From a virus (lineage: Duplodnaviria > Caudoviricetes): a DNA stretch of 61,847 bases. Position 1 is the first letter of the stretch; every line of letters begins with the position of its first letter. Below are positions 49,727 through 57,931 of this stretch, one piece after another. The translations under genes and the position numbers were made by a program. Location: positions 1-61,847 of IMG/VR virus record IMGVR_UViG_3300014913_000013; one strand, 5' to 3'. Below the pieces are notes generated by a model. The model searched no databases. It was given only the letters and a program-made list of their open reading frames with translations, and had not been told where the DNA came from.

Positions 49727-50619
49727 AAACTATTCTAGTATTAGATTGTGATGGTATATGTTGGACAGTGTTTCATGCATTACCACCATTATCTCATAAA
49801 GAAGAAGGCACAGCTGTCATATACGGTTTCTTAAATCACCTGTTTGAATTACAAGATTTTTATAAAGCTGACCGTATAGTATTTGCATGGGATAGTATTA
49901 CTTCAAAAAGGATAGAATTATTTCCTGAATATAAGTATAAACGCAGAAGTAAAAAAACAGAGTATACAGATGAAGAAAAATTAGTAAATAAGGATAGGGC
50001 ACGCCAATTTGATTTACTACGGAATTATATTCTACCTGAACTTGGATTTAGTAATATATTATATGAAGATGGATTAGAAGGGGATGATATTATAGCGAGT
50101 GTTGCTCAAAAATACAGCAAGAAGCACTTTGTTAAGATAATAGCCAGAGATAAAGATCTGTACCAACTAATAAATAGTAATTGCACTATGTTTGATATAA
50201 TCACACATCAAACAATAGATGAAGAAGTGTTCTTTGATAGGTATGGTGTATACCCAGATATGTGGGCAGACATTAAAGGAATAGCAGGATGTACTACTGA
50301 TGAAGTACCAGGAGTACGTGGTATAGGTGAAGATAGGGCTATAAAATATTTACTTGGTGATATGAAACCCACATCTGTACTATACAAACGTATACAAGAG
50401 AGTTCTGATGTAATACAGTTGACACGCAAATTGACTGTATTACCTTTTGAGGGGACTCCTACCTATAAATTGAAAAAAGATAAATGCAAAGTAAAATACC
50501 TAAAAAATATAGCTAAACAATTCAACCTAAATTCCTACCTTTCTAGGGAAAGAATACATTTATTTAGGAGGGCTTTTTGTGGCAAAAAGAAGAAAACTCG
50601 TGACAAGGGAAGTACTTGA
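49723..50619 (+). CDS. 5'-3' exonuclease / flap endonuclease
   Basis: FAWD, PEYKYKR, LEGDDII, DKDLYQL, DEVPGVRGIGE. Confidence 0.92.
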   Translation: MKTILVLDCDGICWTVFHALPPLSHKEEGTAVIYGFLNHLFELQDFYKADRIVFAWDSITSKRIELFPEYKYKRRSKKTEYTDEEKLVNKDRARQFDLLRNYILPELGFSNILYEDGLEGDDIIASVAQKYSKKHFVKIIARDKDLYQLINSNCTMFDIITHQTIDEEVFFDRYGVYPDMWADIKGIAGCTTDEVPGVRGIGEDRAIKYLLGDMKPTSVLYKRIQESSDVIQLTRKLTVLPFEGTPTYKLKKDKCKVKYLKNIAKQFNLNSYLSRERIHLFRRAFCGKKKKTRDKGST

Positions 50620-50856
50620 TTGGGAAAATGTTATTATAGAATGTTTATCAAAGGAATCAATAGGCACTAACTATTGGGGTTGCCTAAACAAGAATGGTAA
50701 ACTATTCCGTATAAGTACACTTAGATCTGTACAAGTACCCAAAAAAGTACTTTCTAAAATGGAAAAAGACGGTGAGTTGTCTATAGATGATGAGGGGTAC
50801 TTTGTGTATAATGGCCCAAAAAGACAAGTAAAACGTACACGGCGTGTAATTTAATG

Positions 50857-50885
50857 TTGACAAGTTGTTTTATTTATAGTATATA
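50857..50885 (+). promoter_or_regulatory. sigma70-type phage promoter
   Basis: TTGACA-N17-TATATA. Confidence 0.85.
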
Positions 50886-50908
50886 TACTAATAAAAATAG
50901 GGGGTAAT

Positions 50909-51115
50909 ATGAAATATGAAAACCGTAGACTAACTGTAGGCATCAGTAAAACAATAAATTTAGGCAATTATGAATCTATAAAAGTACACACTGGTATAGC
51001 TGTAGATATCAGTAATAGTGCAGATGTTGACGAAGCGTACAATGACCTGTTTGAAGAATGTACAGGCCAAGTACTAATGTATGAAGAAGAATTCCTTGGA
51101 GGAGAAAAGAAATGA
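50909..51115 (+). CDS. conserved hypothetical protein
   Basis: TINLGNYES motif. Confidence 0.75.
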   Translation: MKYENRRLTVGISKTINLGNYESIKVHTGIAVDISNSADVDEAYNDLFEECTGQVLMYEEEFLGGEKK

Positions 51116-51390
51116 AACAGAAAGAATTTATTGAAGTAGTTGCACAAGACTGTGATATGTCTAAATCACGTGTTAAACTGGTGCTATTGACTATGTTAGA
51201 TACTATCACAGAAACTTTGTTAGAAGGTGAATCAGTACAATTTCCTGGTTTTGGTACATTCACTACAGTAGAACGTGCTGCACGTGAAGGACGTAATCCA
51301 GCTACAGGAGAAGCAATGACTTTTCCCGCTAGTACAGGTGTAAAGTTTAAAGTTGGTGCTGCACTGAAACGCACCATTAAAGAAGGCTAA
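51112..51390 (+). CDS. hup: HU-family DNA-binding protein
   Basis: GFGTF, RAAREGRNPATGE, VKFKVGAALK. Confidence 0.93.
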   Translation: MKQKEFIEVVAQDCDMSKSRVKLVLLTMLDTITETLLEGESVQFPGFGTFTTVERAAREGRNPATGEAMTFPASTGVKFKVGAALKRTIKEG

Positions 51391-51405
51391 GTAAGAAGTA
51401 TGTGT

Positions 51406-51480
51406 GGGAGTATAGTTCAATGGTAGAGCCCTTTCCTCATAAGAAAGTAGTTTCAGGTTCGAGTCCTGGTGCTCCCACCA
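51406..51480 (+). tRNA. tRNA-Met/Ile2 (CAU)
   Basis: cloverleaf, loop CTCATAA, CCA. Confidence 0.9.
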
Positions 51481-51490
51481 ATTAAGTAGT

Positions 51491-51566
51491 GGTCCCGTAG
51501 GCGAGTGGTTAAGCCATCTGACTTTCTATCAGATTATCGCAGGTTCAAATCCTGTCGGGATCACCA
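51491..51566 (+). tRNA. tRNA-Glu (UUC)
   Basis: cloverleaf, loop CTTTCTA, CCA. Confidence 0.9.
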
Positions 51567-51614
51567 ATAGTATTGTTGCAGTATATTATTAATTTCAGTT
51601 TGGGGAGCAGTAAA

Positions 51615-52391
51615 ATGGGAAATGCTAAATTACATCAATTATTAGCTGTAGAATCAGACCTTGAAGGTAAGTACAAGAGAGTCTGCGAAGAATCAAAAAA
51701 AGTATTCAACAAGCCTGCTATGTTTATGGGGTATCACAGAAGTCTGGTTTCATTTCTTGAAGATGATCCTATTGAGTACCCTGACGAAAATCAAGCTATG
51801 GCTACTACTGTAGAAGATCGTGTGAACTATACTGGTGAATCTATTGCTTCTTACTTGGATGCTTTGTATCAAAAAGAAGCCACTAATCAAAATGCTAAGG
51901 CAGACTTAGTTGTTGATGGGGTTACTATAGGTACAAATCTTCCTGCAACTTTTTTACTTGCATTAGAATCACGTTTGAAGTACATACGTAGTGTGTACGA
52001 GACCATACCAACCCTACCAGCAGGTGTAGAATGGAAACCTTCTGAAGATAAGGGTGAGGGTGTTTGGGATATGGTACACCCTGAAGAAAAGTTGAAAACT
52101 AAAATGACGTTCAAGTCTAAGGTACTTGTAGAAGCGCAATTTCCACCTGAAGGGCGTAGTGGGCAATCACTACCAGCCCAAATAGAAAAATGGGAAGAGC
52201 AGGTACCAGTAGGTAAATTTGTCAAGAATGTATGGTGTAGCATGATAACATCGCATGAAAAGGCAGAAGTACTTGGACGTATAGACAAACTTATACAAGC
52301 AGTAAAAAGGCAACGGCAGCAAGCTAATACAGAACCTGTAGTAAAAGGTAATGTGGGCGCGGCTATTGTAAATTTTATTAATGGTGGGTAA
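51615..52391 (+). CDS. conserved coiled-coil hypothetical protein inside the tRNA cluster
   Basis: GGGGAG RBS; KLHQLLAVE, ATNQNAKAD, LPATFLLALE. Confidence 0.8.
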   Translation: MGNAKLHQLLAVESDLEGKYKRVCEESKKVFNKPAMFMGYHRSLVSFLEDDPIEYPDENQAMATTVEDRVNYTGESIASYLDALYQKEATNQNAKADLVVDGVTIGTNLPATFLLALESRLKYIRSVYETIPTLPAGVEWKPSEDKGEGVWDMVHPEEKLKTKMTFKSKVLVEAQFPPEGRSGQSLPAQIEKWEEQVPVGKFVKNVWCSMITSHEKAEVLGRIDKLIQAVKRQRQQANTEPVVKGNVGAAIVNFINGG

Positions 52392-52465
52392 CTGCTTTGG
52401 GGCTGTAATATATGCTGATGTTCCACGGGAATGCTACATTGTCATTTAATACAGCCCCTATTTAT

Positions 52466-52541
52466 AGAGGCATAGCTCAACTGGTAGAGCACAAGATTTT
52501 GATTCTTGTGGCTGAAGGTTCAAGTCCTTCTGCCTCTTCCA
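52466..52541 (+). tRNA. tRNA-Gln (UUG)
   Basis: cloverleaf, loop TTTTGAT, CCA. Confidence 0.88.
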
Positions 52542-52542
52542 A

Positions 52543-52620
52543 GCAGGTGTAGTCCAATTAGGCAGAGACAGCAGACTTAAAATCTGTCCAGTGAGAGTTC
52601 GAATCTCTCCACCTGTACCA
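52543..52620 (+). tRNA. tRNA-Leu (UAA)
   Basis: cloverleaf, loop CTTAAAA, short variable region, CCA. Confidence 0.88.
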
Positions 52621-52625
52621 TATGT

Positions 52626-52704
52626 ACTCCCGTAGCCCAATTTTGGCAGAGGCGATAGACTTAGACTCTATGCGTTGCTGGTTCGAATCCAGCCGGGAGT
52701 ACCA
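52626..52704 (+). tRNA. tRNA-Leu (UAG)
   Basis: cloverleaf, loop CTTAGAC, CCA. Confidence 0.88.
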
Positions 52705-52713
52705 AATATAACT

Positions 52714-52802
52714 GGAAGGTTGCCGGAATGGTATCGGGTCGGTCTTGAAAACCGTGTGCAGAGGTAACACTCTTCGGGGTTCGAATCCCCGGCCTTCCTC
52801 CA
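52714..52802 (+). tRNA. tRNA-Ser (UGA)
   Basis: long variable arm, loop CTTGAAA, CCA. Confidence 0.9.
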
Positions 52803-52810
52803 TATTGTGC

Positions 52811-52886
52811 AGGCATGTAGCTCAGTTGGTAGAGCGTTGGATTGTTAATCCATTGGTCGTAGGTTCGAGCCCTACCTTGCCTGCCA
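52811..52886 (+). tRNA. tRNA-Asn (GUU)
   Basis: loop TTGTTAA, CCA. Confidence 0.9.
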
Positions 52887-52889
52887 AAA

Positions 52890-52965
52890 GCCAATGTAGC
52901 TCAGTTGGTAGAGCGCCTGATTTGTAATCAGATGGTCACGGGTTCGATTCCTGTCATTGGCTCCA
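52890..52965 (+). tRNA. tRNA-Thr (UGU)
   Basis: loop TTTGTAA, CCA. Confidence 0.92.
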
Positions 52966-52971
52966 TAGTAT

Positions 52972-53046
52972 TGCGGGATCGCCAAGTGGTAAGGCACTAG
53001 ACTCATATTCTAGTTATCGGGGGTTCAATTCCCCCTCCCGCAACCA
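52972..53046 (+). tRNA. tRNA-Met (CAU)
   Basis: loop CTCATAT, CCA. Confidence 0.85.
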
Positions 53047-53048
53047 GT

Positions 53049-53136
53049 AGTAGGTTGGCCGAGTGGGAAGGCTCCGCACTGCTAATGCGAGGACAAGGTA
53101 ATACTTGCACTGGTTCGATTCCAGTACCTACTGCCA
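53049..53136 (+). tRNA. tRNA-Ser (GCU)
   Basis: long variable arm, loop CTGCTAA, CCA. Confidence 0.9.
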
Positions 53137-53145
53137 AAATTACAA

Positions 53146-53230
53146 GGGGAGTTGCATGAACTGGTAAATGGTCCGGCTGTAACCCGGAAGCACCACGAGG
53201 TTGGGGGTTCGAATCCCTCGCTCCCCACCA
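53146..53230 (+). tRNA. tRNA-Tyr (GUA)
   Basis: loop CTGTAAC, variable arm, CCA. Confidence 0.88.
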
Positions 53231-53237
53231 TTAGTAC

Positions 53238-53301
53238 AGGCGTGTAGAGAGTTTGATTGCTAATCCATTGGCCGTAGAATAAAACCTTACCTTGCCTGTC
53301 A
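53238..53301 (+). pseudogene. degenerate copy of tRNA-Asn
   Basis: aligns with 52811-52886; D arm deleted, T loop destroyed. Confidence 0.75.
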
Positions 53302-53321
53302 GCATTAAATAAAAATAAGGC

Positions 53322-53350
53322 TTGACTTTATACACTAAAATTAGTATATA
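53322..53350 (+). promoter_or_regulatory. sigma70-type phage promoter
   Basis: TTGACT-N17-TATATA. Confidence 0.8.
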
Positions 53351-53367
53351 TACTATATAAATAAGTT

Positions 53368-53444
53368 ACGGGGGTAGCCTAACGGCAGAGGCATGGGACT
53401 TAAAATCCTTACAGTGATGGGTTCGAATCCCTCCCTCCGTACCA
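53368..53444 (+). tRNA. tRNA-Leu (UAA), second gene
   Basis: loop CTTAAAA, bulged T stem, CCA. Confidence 0.8.
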
Positions 53445-53476
53445 AACCTGCTTCTCTAGGTTAGAGGAGATTCGCG

Positions 53477-53653
53477 ATGGCTGATAAGAAAGTACGTAGT
53501 AAAAAGGGGCATAAACCTAATTATGCCGCGCAACGAAAGAGGGCTCTGTATAAGGCTGAAAACCGCAGAGAAAAAAACAAAGCACGTAAGGCAGCTAAAG
53601 AAGCTAAAAAGGCTGAGAAACTTGCCCGTAAAAGGGATAAAAAACGTGCGTAG
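53477..53653 (+). CDS. very basic 58-aa protein
   Basis: GAGGAG RBS; MADKKVRSKKG...KRDKKRA. Confidence 0.7.
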   Translation: MADKKVRSKKGHKPNYAAQRKRALYKAENRREKNKARKAAKEAKKAEKLARKRDKKRA

Positions 53654-53752
53654 CTGATGTACATAATAGTACTGATAGGATGTAAAGCTGGAACAGCCCC
53701 AACCCTATAAGTTGGTTGCCTGTTGGTACTATTCACTATTGGGAGGAACAAA

Positions 53753-53962
53753 ATGGAAGGCAGTGTATTTATGGTTGTTGTTGTGGAAAACCCCACTAAA
53801 AAAGATGTAGAAGAAAATGATGCCATGTCAAAAGTTATCTTGGGTCCAGAATTTGTTGTAGCTGACACAGATCAGGCTGCTGCAACCCAAGTGCTACTTG
53901 GAAATGAAAAACTTAGGGAGTTTGATCAAAAAAGAATTGAATTGGTGATTCGCCCTTTTTAG
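53753..53962 (+). CDS. small conserved protein ending RPF; possible -1 frameshift extension to 54132
   Basis: GGGAGG RBS; C CCT TTT heptamer just before the stop. Confidence 0.75.
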   Translation: MEGSVFMVVVVENPTKKDVEENDAMSKVILGPEFVVADTDQAAATQVLLGNEKLREFDQKRIELVIRPF

Positions 53963-54248
53963 ATAGGCCCTGTTCTAATAGTATGGGGGAATCTGGGTCT
54001 ATAGGAATAGCACAACCATACGACGATTCATTGAAGAAAATATTTAAGCATACTCCAACATGGAGGGGAAATTCTGATTACACAGACAATATTACTACTA
54101 CAACCTATTCTGCTGCAAGTTTGTTAGGATAATATAATATTGAGGTAGTATTGGTGTTAGTTTATGGTGTAATGCCTAGATAGGTGATAGGGTCATCTAT
54201 CCAATCAGTATTAGTTTTATGCCTCAATAGTTTGATTTTATGTAGGGA

Positions 54249-54510
54249 GGAGTAAACGGTAGCAAATCCTAATTAATTACAAGTGGGGGTTCGAATCCCT
54301 CTCCGGCCTCCATTGTAGGGGGTACAAAGTAAAGAGTAAATGGGATGACCTTATGTTAAAGGGTGCTGGAAAAGCGCGAGTCTGTAAAAGTTATCACCCA
54401 TGATAGAACGTGCCCGTTAGGTCACTTTGTACCCCCTCTAATTAAGGCCGGATCGTCTAATGGTAGGACAGTTTTTGTAAGAATGAGATTTGCTAGTTGA
54501 AGGAAACTCT
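54249..54510 (+). ncRNA. circularly permuted tRNA-like RNA
   Basis: T arm + TCCGGCC-T-CCA (54285-54312) precedes GGCCGGA + D arm (54446-54469); flanks pair (TAGCAAATC/GATTTGCTA, TTACAA/TTGTAA). Confidence 0.72.
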
Positions 54511-54529
54511 GGTAATGTACATAGACGTA

Positions 54530-54602
54530 TAACGAATAGCTCAGTAGGTAGAGCATATGCCTGTAACGCATAATGTCGAGGGTTCAATTCCCTCTTCGTG
54601 AA
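54530..54602 (+). tRNA. atypical tRNA(GUA), short variable loop, no CCA
   Basis: D arm, TATGC-CTGTAAC-GCATA, T arm; acceptor mismatch. Confidence 0.6.
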
Positions 54603-54604
54603 TA

Positions 54605-54640
54605 GGGGTCATAGGAAGGATATCTTATGACCCCACACTT
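54605..54640 (+). terminator. hairpin/terminator closing the RNA cluster
   Basis: GGGGTCATAGGA/TCTTATGACCCC. Confidence 0.6.
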
Positions 54641-54657
54641 TAATTTTAGGAGATACA

Positions 54658-54978
54658 ATGAGTCAACAAGTACAACAAGAACACCTATCAATTATAAATA
54701 TTACTCCAAGGTTAGTTGTACGTACAATATTCTTTATTATAGTATGCCCTATGATATATAGAGAGACAGGATTAGTTACTACTATACTAGTGGGTATTTT
54801 GTATTTAGAAGTTGCTATAAAGACTGATCTATTAAATGCTATGCATGAACTACAAATGAATTTATATAAATCTGTAAAAGGTATATTAGAATTCCAAAAT
54901 GAATATATATCTACCAGAATAAAAAATACTAAGAAAAAAAAGTTTGAGTGCTGTACCGTTGAAACAAGGATGCTGTAG
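54658..54978 (+). CDS. membrane protein, two predicted TM helices
   Basis: hydrophobic segments; AGGAG RBS. Confidence 0.6.
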   Translation: MSQQVQQEHLSIINITPRLVVRTIFFIIVCPMIYRETGLVTTILVGILYLEVAIKTDLLNAMHELQMNLYKSVKGILEFQNEYISTRIKNTKKKKFECCTVETRML

Positions 54979-55091
54979 AAATTGCAACAATGCCATACAG
55001 TGAAAGTCCCTAGGCGCATTAGGATTTGATCACCCTGCGAACTTGGACAAGACAGGAATACGTAAGCGGTTAGTTGCAACACAGCACTCAA
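54944..55091 (+). ncRNA. candidate structured RNA
   Basis: TTGAGTGCTGT/ACAGCACTCAA and TTGCAAC/GTTGCAA stems. Confidence 0.45.
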
Positions 55092-55313
55092 TTTAATTTT
55101 GTTAGAAAAGAGTATAAAAATGGACTTCATGCAAGAATTAATAAAAGCACAGAGTAATGAATGGCATGCCAGAGATGAAATGATGCCTAAGAATGACTAT
55201 AATCACCCTGTTCTTGTTCAATTTAATGATGGTTATTTAGCATTGTCTGATGGAGGCGCAGTACACGACGATAAGAGTATTTCTTTGTGGAAAGAACTGA
55301 AAAGATAATGAGT

Positions 55314-55427
55314 TTGGGCGGGTGTAGTGGGGCACGGGGTACTCCGGAGACGGCTGTACATTCCACCTTGAGAATCGCCTATCGGTAAAAATCGATAGCT
55401 TGGAGAGAGCGATTTCCCCCCGCCCAA
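55314..55427 (+). ncRNA. candidate GC-rich structured RNA
   Basis: TTGGGCGGG/CCCGCCCAA closing stem, nested hairpins, intergenic. Confidence 0.5.
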
Positions 55428-55446
55428 TTTAATAAATAAAAGAATA

Positions 55447-55928
55447 ATGGAGGATGCCATGCCTAACTTTGGAAATGATATACCAGATGAAGAATATCCT
55501 GGCCAATACCATACTACTGAATGGGAAGATGATGGTACTGGTGGAAAAGTTTTGGTGACACGTAGATCTGATGGTACTTCCACAGTACATTGGGGTGGTC
55601 CTGTAGGTGATGCTGACTATGATGAATTTGGTGAGGAAATGTAATGTCTACATTTGAGGATGAAGTAGCCAGGAGTATAGAGAAAATGACATTTTCTAAC
55701 AATGACATTGTATTATTAAAGGGAGAATGGGAAAATGAATATGTACAGGAATTAGCTAATCAATTGACTGCTATGAATATACGTGCATTAATAGTATGCT
55801 TACCTAAAGATAGTACTGATCTTTCTATTATTCCTATTAAAGAGTTCTATGAACTCCTTAAATATACTGAGGAAAGACTAGGTTTAAACCAAGATAAATA
55901 TGAAGATGATGGTGTAGTTGGGGATTGA
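55447..55928 (+). other. two acidic hypothetical CDS (55447-55644, 55644-55928)
   Basis: coupled ORFs. Confidence 0.65.
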
Positions 55929-56421
55929 TGTGAAACCCACACAATTAAAACATAAAGAAATACCAGAAATACGAGAGAGTATACTGAGTCAACAAGATGG
56001 TGTATGTGCTATTTGTAAGCAAATACCAAAACGACCATGTTTAGACCATAGCCATGTAAAAAGAACTAAGGGTACAGGTCTTGTACGTGGAGTATTGTGT
56101 TCTACATGCAATGTATTTGTAGCAAAATCAGAAAATAATTGTGTTAGGTATGGTATATCTCAAGATGATTTACCTACTATTCTCAGGGCGTGTGCTGATT
56201 ATTTAGAGCAAGATCATTACCCATATATACATCCAAGTGAAGCTCCAAAACCGCCTATACTGACAAAGAGAAGCTATGCAGATCTTAGAAAATGGTATCA
56301 TAATCACTATAGAGGAAGTGCTAAATTACCAGATTACCCTAAAAGTGGAAAGTTGACTAAACCTCTAGATAGAGCTTTTAAATGGGCTGGCATTAAACCT
56401 AAATTCTACAAGAAAGGTTGA
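55918..56421 (+). CDS. endonuclease VII-type Holliday junction resolvase
   Basis: QDGVCAIC...LDHSH...VRGVLCSTCN. Confidence 0.85.
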   Translation: MGIDVKPTQLKHKEIPEIRESILSQQDGVCAICKQIPKRPCLDHSHVKRTKGTGLVRGVLCSTCNVFVAKSENNCVRYGISQDDLPTILRACADYLEQDHYPYIHPSEAPKPPILTKRSYADLRKWYHNHYRGSAKLPDYPKSGKLTKPLDRAFKWAGIKPKFYKKG

Positions 56422-56422
56422 T

Positions 56423-56662
56423 ATGAACTCTGACAGAATAAAAGAGATACAAAGCAAGACCCCATATCCTGAAAGTGTAAGTGTACATAATGCACTACAT
56501 CAAGTATGGAATGAAACATATCATGAGCAAGAATCAGAAATAGCAGCATTAAAACAAAAAGTAGGGGAGCTGAAAGATTTTTGTATATGGCTTACTGGAT
56601 GTAGGTACGACTTTACTCAACATGAATATTATCTTAAAACTATGAAAAGGCTAATGAAATGA
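56423..56662 (+). CDS. hypothetical protein
   Basis: operon context. Confidence 0.65.
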   Translation: MNSDRIKEIQSKTPYPESVSVHNALHQVWNETYHEQESEIAALKQKVGELKDFCIWLTGCRYDFTQHEYYLKTMKRLMK

Positions 56663-57177
56663 ATAGAAGAACATTTCTTAAATTAGCTGCTGCTACCCCA
56701 TTAGCTTTTTCACTCCCTATTGATACTATTGATAGGGGAGTAGATATAATACAAAGAACACCAACTTCAATTTTAAGTTCTAATGAAAAGTTAAATACAT
56801 GCGGCATGTACGTTGCTAGTTACTTACGGAACAACCTACCTGCAAATAAAATATCTTTTTATTCAAGAAGAAAATCGTTTCATCCTAATTATGATAAACA
56901 TATAGATATTTCTATCGGACTTACTGCAAAAGAACAAGAGTATGATAAAGAACAGTTTTTACAACATTTTGCAAAACCTGCTGCATTTTCATTAGTAAAT
57001 CATATTAAAGCATATAGAGGGAAATTTAGCTTTGGTGATGTTCTTTCTGTACCAGATAATATTACAGGAGGTATTTACTACTTTAGGGGGAGTAATATAC
57101 GAGTACTTTATAGCTATGATATAAATTGTCTACAAACAGTATTATCATTCGACACTGTATTAATGAGGGTTCCTTAA
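56659..57177 (+). CDS. hypothetical protein with twin-arginine-like N-terminus
   Basis: MNRRTFLKLAAA. Confidence 0.65.
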   Translation: MNRRTFLKLAAATPLAFSLPIDTIDRGVDIIQRTPTSILSSNEKLNTCGMYVASYLRNNLPANKISFYSRRKSFHPNYDKHIDISIGLTAKEQEYDKEQFLQHFAKPAAFSLVNHIKAYRGKFSFGDVLSVPDNITGGIYYFRGSNIRVLYSYDINCLQTVLSFDTVLMRVP

Positions 57178-57698
57178 TGAGCAAACGATTCGGTAGAAAT
57201 CAAAAAAGAAAACTAAGAAATAGGATAAAAGAACTTGAAGAAGCATTAGAACGAGATGATTCCCTTATAAAATATATGAGGGGTAGAATAGATCAACTTG
57301 AATATGAGTTTAATAAGTTAGTCACTTGTATTGAACAGATTGCACCAAATTCAGTGTGTTTACCACCTAAAAAAATAGAAGCTCATGTAAATTGTGATAG
57401 AATGTATATGCCATTGTATAGCCCTATTTCTTTTGATATGACAAATAGTGCTGTACCAGTACCTCTAGAAGTAAGTAGAGTAAAACTTAGTAAATTCTGT
57501 GTAGATATAGAAAAATATAGAGAAAGGTTTGAAACTTTAATTCATGTATACACAGAAGATAGATACTGTGATATTAAGTACATGATTTCTGATAATGTAT
57601 TAAATACTGTAGGACTTCCTACTACATACGTAGCACAAGAAATTGCTAATTATTGGAGAAAAGAGCATATGGATGCACAAAAGCTGCAAAAAGTTTAA
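57177..57698 (+). CDS. hypothetical protein
   Basis: TAATG coupling; MSKRFGRNQKRK. Confidence 0.7.
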   Translation: MSKRFGRNQKRKLRNRIKELEEALERDDSLIKYMRGRIDQLEYEFNKLVTCIEQIAPNSVCLPPKKIEAHVNCDRMYMPLYSPISFDMTNSAVPVPLEVSRVKLSKFCVDIEKYRERFETLIHVYTEDRYCDIKYMISDNVLNTVGLPTTYVAQEIANYWRKEHMDAQKLQKV

Positions 57699-57902
57699 GA
57701 AGAAAACTGAATACCTTAGAGGGACATCATGAGAGGAAAAGTAGCTAAACGTATAAGAAAACAATGCTATGGTAATAGAGTGTCTGGGCTTATTATGCGT
57801 AAATACAGCACAGATGGTGTATCTAGTACTGTACATGCAGATAGCCTAAGAAAGATGTACCAGCGTAAGAAATTAGAACATACACGTGGTTAGTATTATA
57901 CC

Positions 57903-57931
57903 TTGACAAATTCAATAAAATATAGTATATA
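57903..57931 (+). promoter_or_regulatory. sigma70-type phage promoter
   Basis: TTGACA-N17-TATATA. Confidence 0.85.

Noticed and set aside
52458-52927. ORFs across the tRNA cluster
   Set aside because: Translations of tRNA genes.
54249-54510. Two-piece tmRNA
   Set aside because: No G3-U70 alanine determinant, a true D stem is present, and there is no room for a tag reading frame before the next tRNA-like gene.
55314-55427. tRNA-Sec or SRP RNA
   Set aside because: No T-loop, UCA anticodon or CCA; no recognisable SRP helix-8 motif.
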